Shown here piece by piece: positions 8,190 to 15,864 of a stretch of 30,259 bases of DNA; the stretch's first letter is position 1, and the number at the start of each line of letters is the position of its first letter. This DNA comes from Anaerolineae bacterium. GTDB taxonomy: Bacteria; Chloroflexota; Anaerolineae; Aggregatilineales; Phototrophicaceae. The notes under the pieces are model-generated. The model saw nothing but the letters and a program-made list of their open reading frames with translations, did not search any database and was not told the origin of the DNA. The translations under genes were made by a program, and so were the position numbers. Where the stretch lies: positions 1-30,259 of the forward strand of contig DAOTTW010000226.1 of the NCBI GenBank assembly GCA_034437615.1, given 5' to 3'.

Positions 8190-8215
8190 CAGGGGCGCTG
8201 CATTGCGCCCCTACA
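8190..8215 (+). terminator. REP-like GC-rich hairpin downstream of rpsP (GCAGGGGCGC-tgcatt-GCGCCCCTAC)
   Basis: 7-bp perfect stem GGGGCGC/GCGCCCC with a TGCATT loop, flanked by a GCAGG head and a CCTAC tail. No U-tract. A near-copy (GGGCGC-gatgcatt-GCGCCC) is at 19201-19220. Confidence 0.45.
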
Positions 8216-8220
8216 GCGGG

Positions 8221-8306
8221 TTTACATCTTACATCCTTGCATCTTTACATCTTGCATCCTTATATCCTTGCATCTTTACATCTTTACATCTTTACATCCT
8301 TGCATC
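8221..8306 (+). repeat. Tandem array of about 11 copies of an 8-bp unit (consensus TTACATCT / TTGCATCC)
   Basis: Read directly: TTTACATC TTACATCC TTGCATCT TTACATCT TGCATCC TTATATCC TTGCATCT TTACATCT TTACATCT TTACATCC TTGCATCC. It lies between rpsP and the KH-protein gene promoter. The spurious ORF 8187-8582 overlaps it. Confidence 0.85.
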
Positions 8307-8363
8307 CGACAAAGCCGACACGTCTACGCCTGCTTCGTCCTTCATCTCGATTTAACTGTAATG

Positions 8364-8369
8364 TATAAT
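8364..8369 (+). promoter_or_regulatory. Candidate -10 box TATAAT for the KH-domain gene
   Basis: TGTAATGTATAATCGG lies 30-35 nt upstream of the 8404 ATG. A weak -35-like TTCATC sits 17 nt upstream. Confidence 0.3.
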
Positions 8370-8400
8370 CGGCTTAAAGCGATATGGAAGCGAGCAAGGT

Positions 8401-8694
8401 GTGATGAGCGACGAACAAGACCAAACCACGACGCAACAAATCCAGGGTCAAGCAGAAGCCAGCGAACAAGCGCTGATCCAATACATCGCAGAAAACCTCG
8501 TCAACGACCCGACGAAAGTACATGTGGATTATCGGCAAGCAGGCCGTACAACGGTGCTGGAACTGCACGTCGCGGCGAATGACATGGGCCGCGTGATCGG
8601 CAAGAGTGGCCGCGTCGCGAACGCCATGCGCTCGTTGTTGCGCGTCATGTCGGACCGGGAACGTGGTGAGCGTATTGTGCTCGAAATCGAGTAA
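8401..8694 (+). CDS. KH-domain RNA-binding protein (YlqC/UPF0109 family)
   Basis: C-terminal KH motif VIGKSGRVANAMRSLLRV. Conserved position between rpsP and rimM. The ORF track starts at GTG 8401. ATG 8404 is equally plausible, and RBS AAGGTG precedes it. Confidence 0.85.
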   Translation: MMSDEQDQTTTQQIQGQAEASEQALIQYIAENLVNDPTKVHVDYRQAGRTTVLELHVAANDMGRVIGKSGRVANAMRSLLRVMSDRERGERIVLEIE

Positions 8695-8729
8695 GATAAG
8701 GGCACTGCGCAATCAGCAACGAGGCCGAC

Positions 8730-9278
8730 ATGACCACCGAACAACGCGAAGAACCGCAATTTCTGCTACTGGGTAAGCTGCTGCGCCCGCATGGGGTACG
8801 CGGTGAGATGCGTATGAGCATCCTCACGGATTACCCGGAACGGCTCGCAGAGCTTGATGTGGTTTACCTGGGGACATCCCCACAGCAGAAAAACCCCAAA
8901 CCTTATGAAATCGACACGCTGCGTTTCCATAAGCAATACGCACTGATTAAATTCACCGAGACAACAGAGCGCAACGAGGCCGACCTGCTGCGTGGCCTGA
9001 TGGTGATGATCGACATCGCCAACGCCGTGCCGCTAGAAGAAGATGAATTCTATCTGTATGAATTGATCGGCCTACAGGTGCAAACCGAGGATGGCGCGAT
9101 CATCGGCACCATACAAAGCGTGATGGAGACGGGCGCAAACGACGTGTATGTGCTGCGTAGCCCACAGGGTAAGGAAATATTGGTGCCAGCCCACGACGAA
9201 ACCCTGCTTGATGTCGATACTGATAGCGGCATCGTGCTGATGAAGCTCCCCGATGGCTTGCTCTCCGACGACAGCTAA
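8730..9278 (+). CDS. rimM: Ribosome maturation factor RimM
   Basis: LLLGKLLRPHGVRGEMRM N-terminal RimM beta-barrel signature and a PRC-barrel-like C-terminus. Operon context ffh-rpsP-KH-rimM. Confidence 0.9.
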   Translation: MTTEQREEPQFLLLGKLLRPHGVRGEMRMSILTDYPERLAELDVVYLGTSPQQKNPKPYEIDTLRFHKQYALIKFTETTERNEADLLRGLMVMIDIANAVPLEEDEFYLYELIGLQVQTEDGAIIGTIQSVMETGANDVYVLRSPQGKEILVPAHDETLLDVDTDSGIVLMKLPDGLLSDDS

Positions 9279-9434
9279 TACTTAGCCAAAAATTCAGCCT
9301 CGAACACACAAAGTTATAAAGCTATTACCTTTGAGAAGGATCGTTTATGTTAGCTATCGACTAGACATGGCACCTGCGCTATACTTGCTGTCCATTGTTC
9401 GAGCAGCAAATAGATTTATGAATGCGTAACTGTC

Positions 9435-11552
9435 ATGTCCTCCGTTGAAGACATCAAGAGCCGCTTAGACATCGTGGATTACGTCCAGCAACACGTGCCG
9501 GACCTGAAGAAAGCGGGCCGCAATTACAAGGCGTGTTGCCCCTTCCATAACGAAAAAACCCCCTCGTTCGTCGTCAACCCGGAAACGCAGACGTGGCGCT
9601 GTTATGGGGCCTGTAGCGAAGGCGGCGACATCTTCAGTTTTGCGGAAAAAGTCAATGGCTGGACCTTCACAGAGGCGCTGCAATCGCTGGGCGAATTGGC
9701 CGGGGTGGAGGTGCGCAAGCAATCGCCACAGCAAAAACAAGAGGCCAAGCACCTCGAAAAACTACGCGGCATCCTGAAAACCGCCGCTGATTGGTATCAT
9801 CAGCATTTGCTGAGCGACAAAGCAGAGGCCCGCCAAGCCTACCAATACCTGACGCAAAAGCGCGGCTTTACGCATGAAACCATCGTGCGCTTTCAGATTG
9901 GCTACGCGCCGCAGGGCTGGACGAAAATGCTAGAGGGCCTGACGAACCTGGGCTATCCACAGGAGGATGTGCTGGCGGTTGGCCTGGCATCGCAGAACGA
10001 AAGCGGGCGCACCTACGACCGCTTCCGGGAGCGCATCATGATTCCCATTTACGATGGACTCGGCAACCTGTGCGGTTTTGGTGCGCGTGCCCTGAAGCCC
10101 GACGACAACCCGAAATATCTGAATTCACCACAGACGCCGCTATTCGACAAAAGCGGCACGCTGTTCGGCTTGCATGAAGCTAAGCGCGGCATCCGTGACA
10201 CGGGTGAGGTCGTGATCGTTGAAGGCTATATGGATGTGATTCAAGCGCATCAGGCCGGGTATACGAACGTGATTGCACAGATGGGCACAGCACTCACTGA
10301 GCCACAACTGAAGCAGATCGTGCCGAAATACACGCAGAAGATTATCCTGGCGCTGGATGCCGACGCCGCCGGGCAGAACGCCACCCGCCGCAGCCTCGAA
10401 GTGGCACAACGCGCACTCTCCAGCGATAGCAGCGGCCAACTCAACGCCGATATTCGCATCCTACGCATTGAGGACGCAAAAGACCCGGACGACGTGCTGC
10501 GCGAGACACCGCAAAAATGGGCGGATTACGTGCAGCAGGCGCTGCCTGTCGCGGATTTTCTGATTCAGGTGGAGATGGCCACGCTCCCGGATAACCCGAC
10601 GCATCAGGAGCGCCGCGCCGCTGCTATGCGCGTGTTGCCGCTGCTGACCGCCGCTGAAGACAGCCTCGCACGGCAGGATAACCTGCGCAAATTGTCCATG
10701 CGCCTGCATATCCCGCTTGAGGATTTATGGCTGTGGGTGGAGCAGAACAAGCGCAAGCAGGCTGCACGTCGGCAGCGCACTGCACAGCAAACACAAGCAT
10801 CACAACAGCAGCAGCAGTATCAAGAGGCATCCAGCGACAGCAGCGAGGAACCGCCCTTCATGGCCGGGCTGGATGATGACAACGCTGACAACGGTGCGGC
10901 GGCGGCGGCGCACAACACCCATGATCTGACGCTCGACCAACGGGCCAGCAGCCGCGCCGCCGAAGGCTATTGCCTGAAGAACCTGCTGGCATCGCCGGAC
11001 TTGCTGTATGACATCAATCGGCTGTTGCGGGAACTGGCGGGTAATGACCGTGCGCTGCGTGGTGGGCCGCTGGCGTCGTTCGGCGTTGAGGATTTCAGCC
11101 ATGCCGATTATCGCGCCCTGATGGCGACCTGGCTTGAGGCACTCGGTCAAGATCGGCTTGAGCCGCTGGAATACATGCGGCAAACGTTAGACCTGGCGCT
11201 ACAGACTGAACTGGATGACCTGCTGCTGGACGAACGCCACGAATTACAGCGCTCGGTGCGGCATCGCTTCTCGGCGCAAATGCAGGAGATCATGAAAGAA
11301 TATAACCGTATGTCGCGTCCGGGTATTAATTACGATGCGGATGTCTGCCAGCGTGTGCTGACCGTGCGCCAACAGCGCCTTTTGCGCGAGCGGCAGGAAA
11401 TCACCTTCCTGCTGCGTGAATCGCAGGAGCAGCAGGACGCCGACGGGGAACGCCGCTATTACACACAGCTTGGCCCGTCGATACAAGCAGAGCGCCTGCT
11501 GCATCGGGAGATCAAGCGCCCTGCCAGGCCAGCACTAGTACGTTTTGGCTAG
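9435..11552 (+). CDS. dnaG: DNA primase DnaG
   Basis: CHC2 zinc finger ([26 protein letters not shown]). TOPRIM domain ([29 protein letters not shown]...[14 protein letters not shown]). Followed by rpoD (macromolecular-synthesis operon arrangement). Confidence 0.95.
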   Translation: [705 protein letters not shown]

Positions 11553-11575
11553 CGCATACTCGGCCACTGTCGATG

Positions 11576-11604
11576 TTTGCGGGAGGGCCATAACCCTCCC
11601 CTAC
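11576..11604 (+). terminator. REP-like hairpin downstream of dnaG (TTTGC-GGGAGGG-ccataa-CCCTCCC-CTAC)
   Basis: 7-bp perfect stem. The TTTGC head resembles copy E and the CTAC tail resembles family 1. It lies 24 nt after the dnaG stop. Confidence 0.4.
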
Positions 11605-11761
11605 GGCACCAAGCGCGATGCATACACGATGGTGACAAAAGCAGCCGATGAGGACCAGCGCGTATAACTACAGATGCGGATAGCGTGTCTAGCCAAAATC
11701 TTGTATGCTACCTAGTTAAGGTCAGCCAATCCCCTTTCGTTAGCAAACAACCGGATGCCAT

Positions 11762-13531
11762 ATGAGTAACGACGACCTACGCAATGCGATCAACGCCTTC
11801 AGTGACAACTCAACCAGTGACGAAGAGACCTCTTTGCTGCGCAAGATCAAGAATTTGCCGAAAGACACCGTCGCAGAGGAGAACGAAAACGAAGAGGATT
11901 TCAGCGAAGACGATGCTATCGGTGATGACGTGAACCGCGAAGATGCCGACAGCGAAGACGACGAGGCATACGACGAAGAAGACTTAACCGGTCTAGCGCT
12001 CGCAGATGACCCGGTTCGTATGTACCTCAAGGAAATCGGTCAGGTGCCGCTGCTGAATAGCAACCGCGAGACCCGGCTCAGTACCCAACTGGCCGCCGAA
12101 AACCTGCTGCAAGAATTAACAGACAAACTCGCCAGCCTGGAACGCTTTGGCAGTGAGGGCGCACCTGATAAGGACGCGGCCAAAGGCAAAAAGGCCAACA
12201 AAGAGGCGCGTTCTGTAAAGGACAAGGCATCTAAGGCTGCTGCGGTCGTGAGCGGTGAACAGGCGGCCAATGGCACGGGCGACGGCCAACAACCTGCGCC
12301 GCTGCCGAATGCTCTGGACGTGACGCGCAGTGCTTATCTCTATCTGGAGGAAAAATGGCAAGCTGCCCTGCAAACGGCTGCTGAACTGGAAACCGAGCCA
12401 CCCGACCTGCGCGAACTGATTGACGAGATCGAAGCAACAAACAAAAACTGGGATCAAGACGGCGATTCCTACATGCGCAAATACTTCAAGCAGGGTGATT
12501 GGGGGCGCGATGCAGAGTGGACGGCCTACGTCAGCGAATTGTTTGACGTGGTCCATGCGCTGCATCTGATCCCGCCCGTACAGCAGATGCAGCTACGCGG
12601 CCACTATCGCAAGCACAACACGCTGCCGGGCTTGAATGAATTTACAGCGTGGCTAGAAGACGACGAGGACCCCCTAGAAGAAGCCCGCTTTGCCCATGAG
12701 CGCGTCGAACAGCGTGCAGAAATGGCCGTCGAAGCGCTGACGCGGGCTAACCTGCGCCTGGTGGTCAGCGTGGCGAAGCGTTACATGGGGCGCGGCATCG
12801 GCTTCCTTGACCTAATTCAAGAAGGTAACCTGGGTCTGCTGCGTGCTGTCTCCAAGTTCGACCATACGAAGGGCTATAAGTTCAGCACCTATGCGACGTG
12901 GTGGATTCGGCAGGCCATCAGCCGCGCCATAGCCGACCAAGCCCGCACGATTCGCATTCCGGTGCATATGGTGGAGACGATTAACCGCCTGATGCGCGTG
13001 CAGCGTGAATTGCTGCAAACGTTGGGCGCAGAGCCAAGCGCAGAGCAGATCGCGCTGGAAATGGACATCCTGCCAAAAGAAGACGTGGACGCCATCAAAT
13101 TCCTGCGCAAAGAGGGCGCACACCTGGACCCCTCGTTGCAGCGCAAGCTGCGCCGCGCCGCGCAGAAAGTGCGCAAAATCATGCGCATTAGCCAGGAACC
13201 GATGAGCCTGGATATGCCCATCGGCCAAGAAGACAGCAGCCAACTCGGTGATTTTATCCCTGATGACAACATGCCCGGCCCGGTGGATTCAGCCAGCCGC
13301 CAATTGCTGAAAGAGCAAATTAGCTCCGCGCTGGGTGTGCTCAGTGACCGTGAGCGCGAGGTGCTGCAAATGCGCTTCGGCCTGATGGACGGCCAAGATC
13401 ACACGCTGGAAGAGGTCGGCAAGTATTTCGGCGTGACGCGAGAGCGCATCCGGCAGATCGAAGCGAAGGCGCTGCGTAAGCTGCGGCACCCTACCCGGAG
13501 CCGCCAACTACGTGATTACCTTGAGATGTAG
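11762..13531 (+). CDS. rpoD: RNA polymerase primary sigma factor (sigma-70 family, group 1) with acidic N-terminal region
   Basis: Region 1.2 ([16 protein letters not shown]). Region 2 ([37 protein letters not shown]). Region 3 and region 4 HTH ([29 protein letters not shown]). N-terminal Asp/Glu-rich low-complexity stretch. Confidence 0.95.
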   Translation: MSNDDLRNAINAFSDNSTSDEETSLLRKIKNLPKDTVAEENENEEDFSEDDAIGDDVNREDADSEDDEAYDEEDLTGLALADDPVRMYLKEIGQVPLLNSNRETRLSTQLAAENLLQELTDKLASLERFGSEGAPDKDAAKGKKANKEARSVKDKASKAAAVVSGEQAANGTGDGQQPAPLPNALDVTRSAYLYLEEKWQAALQTAAELETEPPDLRELIDEIEATNKNWDQDGDSYMRKYFKQGDWGRDAEWTAYVSELFDVVHALHLIPPVQQMQLRGHYRKHNTLPGLNEFTAWLEDDEDPLEEARFAHERVEQRAEMAVEALTRANLRLVVSVAKRYMGRGIGFLDLIQEGNLGLLRAVSKFDHTKGYKFSTYATWWIRQAISRAIADQARTIRIPVHMVETINRLMRVQRELLQTLGAEPSAEQIALEMDILPKEDVDAIKFLRKEGAHLDPSLQRKLRRAAQKVRKIMRISQEPMSLDMPIGQEDSSQLGDFIPDDNMPGPVDSASRQLLKEQISSALGVLSDREREVLQMRFGLMDGQDHTLEEVGKYFGVTRERIRQIEAKALRKLRHPTRSRQLRDYLEM

Positions 13532-13539
13532 CCAATTAA

Positions 13540-13559
13540 GGACGCGATGGCGTCCCTAC
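13540..13559. terminator. Family-1 singleton hairpin GGACGC-gatg-GCGTCC-CTAC between convergent rpoD and permease genes
   Basis: Perfect 6-bp stem with the family CTAC tail, 9 nt after the rpoD stop. It is the only obvious structure in the 61-bp convergent gap, so it is likely a bidirectional terminator. Confidence 0.5.
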
Positions 13560-13592
13560 CTACTACGCTGGGAATAGCTGTTTGATATTTAT

Positions 13593-14549
13593 CTACTCGT
13601 ACAAGCGTGGGTCTAGCGCGTCGCGCAGGCCATCCCCCACGAAGTTGAAGCCCAACACCGTCAGCATGATCGCCAGACCAGGGAACACAGCATACCACCA
13701 CGCGCTCGTGAAGTAATTGCGGCCCTGGTCGATCATCGTGCCCCAGCTCGCATTCGGAATCTGTACGCCGACGCCCAGGAAGCTCAGCGTAGACTCGGCC
13801 AGAATCGCGCCAGCGATGCCCAGCGACGCCAGCACGATTGAGGGTGCAAGGGCATTCGGCAGCAGGTGACGTACCATAATGCGCACATTAGACGCGCCCA
13901 TTGCACGCGCCGCGATCACAAATTCACGGCTCTTGAGCGCTAGCACCTGGCTGCGCATCATACGGGCGTCCGCTGGCCAGCCGATCAGCCCCAACGCGAA
14001 GAAAATACTGATCTGGATCGGCTGCAAGCCCAACGCCGTGAACACCGTGAAGAGCGGGATCACTTCCGGGTCGATCAGGTTCACCCACACAATCAGGAAC
14101 ATCAGGCCCGGTATGGCAAAAACGGCGTCCGTCAGGCGCATGATGAAATCATCCACCCAGCCGCCGACCCAGCCCGAAATCGGGCCCAACGAGATGCCGA
14201 TGGTGATGGCGACGGTCTGCGCCACAAATGCAATCACTAGCGAAATGCTTGCGCCGTAAAGCAAGCGGCTGAAGATGTCACGGCCAAAATTATCGGTCCC
14301 CAGCGGATATTCAGCGTTCGGGGGCGTCAGGCGGTTCATGGCGCTGATCTTGTTGGGTTCGTGTGGCGCAATCCAGGGTGCCAGCACCGCCGCTAAGATC
14401 ATCACCACAACGATAATCAGGCCGACCACAGCAATACGATTACGGAAGAAGGCCCGCCAGAAGCGGCCTCGTGCTTTTGCGGCCATCGTCGGTGATAAAA
14501 CAGCGACGTTTCGGCCTTCTGCGGGTTGTGGTGCGGTATCAGTTGCCAT
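13593..14549 (-). CDS. ABC transporter permease, DppC/OppC-like (peptide/nickel family)
   Basis: Multi-TM protein with the binding-protein-dependent transport EAA-like loop (SREFVIAARAMGASNVRIMVRHLLPNALAP) and the N-terminal extension typical of OppC/DppC. Confidence 0.9.
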   Translation of the reverse strand: MATDTAPQPAEGRNVAVLSPTMAAKARGRFWRAFFRNRIAVVGLIIVVVMILAAVLAPWIAPHEPNKISAMNRLTPPNAEYPLGTDNFGRDIFSRLLYGASISLVIAFVAQTVAITIGISLGPISGWVGGWVDDFIMRLTDAVFAIPGLMFLIVWVNLIDPEVIPLFTVFTALGLQPIQISIFFALGLIGWPADARMMRSQVLALKSREFVIAARAMGASNVRIMVRHLLPNALAPSIVLASLGIAGAILAESTLSFLGVGVQIPNASWGTMIDQGRNYFTSAWWYAVFPGLAIMLTVLGFNFVGDGLRDALDPRLYE

Positions 14550-14573
14550 GCGCTCTGCCTTCTATGTAGGGTG

Positions 14574-15518
14574 TTATCGGTAGCTGATGCGTGGGTCGAT
14601 CAGCGCATACACCAAATCGGTCAACAAGTTGACGACCAGGTAAATCATCGCGCCGAAGATCAAGATGCCCATAATCACCGGGGTATCCCGCGTCTGAATA
14701 GCAGGCACAATCGCACGGCCCAGCCCCGGCCAATTGAAAATCGTCTCCGTCACCAGCGAGCCAGTCATCAGCGCCGCGATTTGCAGGCCGATGACGGTAA
14801 TCACCGGGATGAGCGCGTTGCGCATCTGATGCCGTAGCAGCACACTGCGGTCAGCCAGGCCCTTCGATTGCGCCGTTTTGATGTAATCCTGACCCTGAAC
14901 TTCCAGCATGGAGGAGCGCGTGACGCGGGCGATCACCGCCGACAAATTGGTGCCGAGCACGAGCGAAGGCAGCACCATATACCACAGGTTGCCGTCACCA
15001 TAGCCCGCCACCGGGAAGAGCGCGATGCCCGTTGCCGATTGCGCCAGTAATAATTGAGCGATCAGCGCTTGCCAGAAAACAGGCATCGAGATGCCGATTA
15101 ACGCAAAGATCATCAGCGTGTGGTCGATCCAGGTGTATTGCTTCAGCGCCGCGATGACACCCGCCGGCACACCGATCAGCAGCGCTACGATCATGCCGCC
15201 CGTCATCAGTTGCAGCGTGCGTGGCAGGCGATAGCCGAGGATGTTGATAACCTCTTCGCGCTGAATAAACGAACGGCCCAGGTCGCCCTGCAAAAAGTCC
15301 GTCAGGTATTCAAAATATTGTTCATGAAAAGGCCGATTGATGCCGAGTTCGGCGGCGATTTCTGCAACTTGCTCATCGGACATGCGCTCACATTCTTCAC
15401 CGATCACGGCGCAGATGGGGCTACCAGGCATCATGTACGACAGGCCAAAGAGAATCGTCAGGATAATAAATAGGGTCGGGATGACCTGCAAAATGCGCCG
15501 GATCAGGTATTGGGTCAC
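14574..15518 (-). CDS. ABC transporter permease, DppB/OppB-like
   Basis: MTQYLIRRILQVIPTLFIILTILFGLSYMMPGSP N-terminus typical of DppB/OppB, and an EAA loop region (YIKTAQSKGLADRSVLLRHQMRNALIPV). GTG start at 15518 is the first start after an in-frame stop. RBS GAGAG. Confidence 0.9.
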   Translation of the reverse strand: MTQYLIRRILQVIPTLFIILTILFGLSYMMPGSPICAVIGEECERMSDEQVAEIAAELGINRPFHEQYFEYLTDFLQGDLGRSFIQREEVINILGYRLPRTLQLMTGGMIVALLIGVPAGVIAALKQYTWIDHTLMIFALIGISMPVFWQALIAQLLLAQSATGIALFPVAGYGDGNLWYMVLPSLVLGTNLSAVIARVTRSSMLEVQGQDYIKTAQSKGLADRSVLLRHQMRNALIPVITVIGLQIAALMTGSLVTETIFNWPGLGRAIVPAIQTRDTPVIMGILIFGAMIYLVVNLLTDLVYALIDPRISYR

Positions 15519-15576
15519 GATGGATGCTCTCTATATCAGGGTGTGGGGATTGGCTATTGTGCGCTTGTAATTGCAA

Positions 15577-15847
15577 GGCAGGGGCGTGCCCCTGCCAGAT
15601 TGATTGTCCAGGCTGCGTATTTGCGTATTGACGGGCGGATCATGATCTGACCCTGTACAATCGCATGATGGTAACGACTCAGCCCTCACCCCAAACCCCT
15701 CTCCCGAACGTGCCTTTGGCACTGGGAGAGCGGCTTTTAACAGCCTGCTTCCCCCTCTCCGTTGTTGTCTGGGTATGGTGAGAGAGGGAGATCGAGGAGG
15801 GGGTGAGGGCAAATTCGCGGGCAAAATAGGCCTACCTGAGTCGTTAC
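15577..15847 (-). promoter_or_regulatory. Structured intergenic region between the substrate-binding and permease genes: GC hairpin plus long nested inverted repeat
   Basis: GGCAGGGG-cgtg-CCCCTGCC (15577-15596). GTAACGACTCAG (15671-15682) pairs with CTGAGTCGTTAC (15836-15847). CCCTCACCCC (15683-15692) pairs with GGGGTGAGGG (15800-15809). CTCTCCC/GGGAGAG and GTGCC-ttt-GGCAC nest inside. ORFs 15531-15851(-) and 15775-16317(+) here are CT/GA-rich and spurious. Confidence 0.45.
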
Positions 15848-15864
15848 GCATGACGCTTGACAGC

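Noticed and set aside
8221-8306. Possible CRISPR array
   Set aside because: Units are 8 bp and directly abutting with no spacers, far below CRISPR repeat and spacer sizes. There is no cas gene context. It is a microsatellite-like tandem repeat.
8187-8582. 131-aa plus-strand ORF spanning the 8-bp tandem repeat and the start of the KH gene
   Set aside because: Its N-terminal half is a translation of the TTACATCT array (ILHPCIFTSCILISLHLYIFTSLHPCI). It overlaps the KH gene out of frame, and a promoter-like TATAAT lies inside it.
9279-9434. Comparatively AT-rich spacer before dnaG as a possible small gene or insertion remnant
   Set aside because: No ORF with start and RBS, no repeats or palindromes. 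Most simply the dnaG promoter/leader region.
12116-13272. Minus-strand ORFs antisense to rpoD (12116-12565, 12812-13243, 12889-13272)
   Set aside because: Antisense to the highly conserved sigma-70 gene. No signals.
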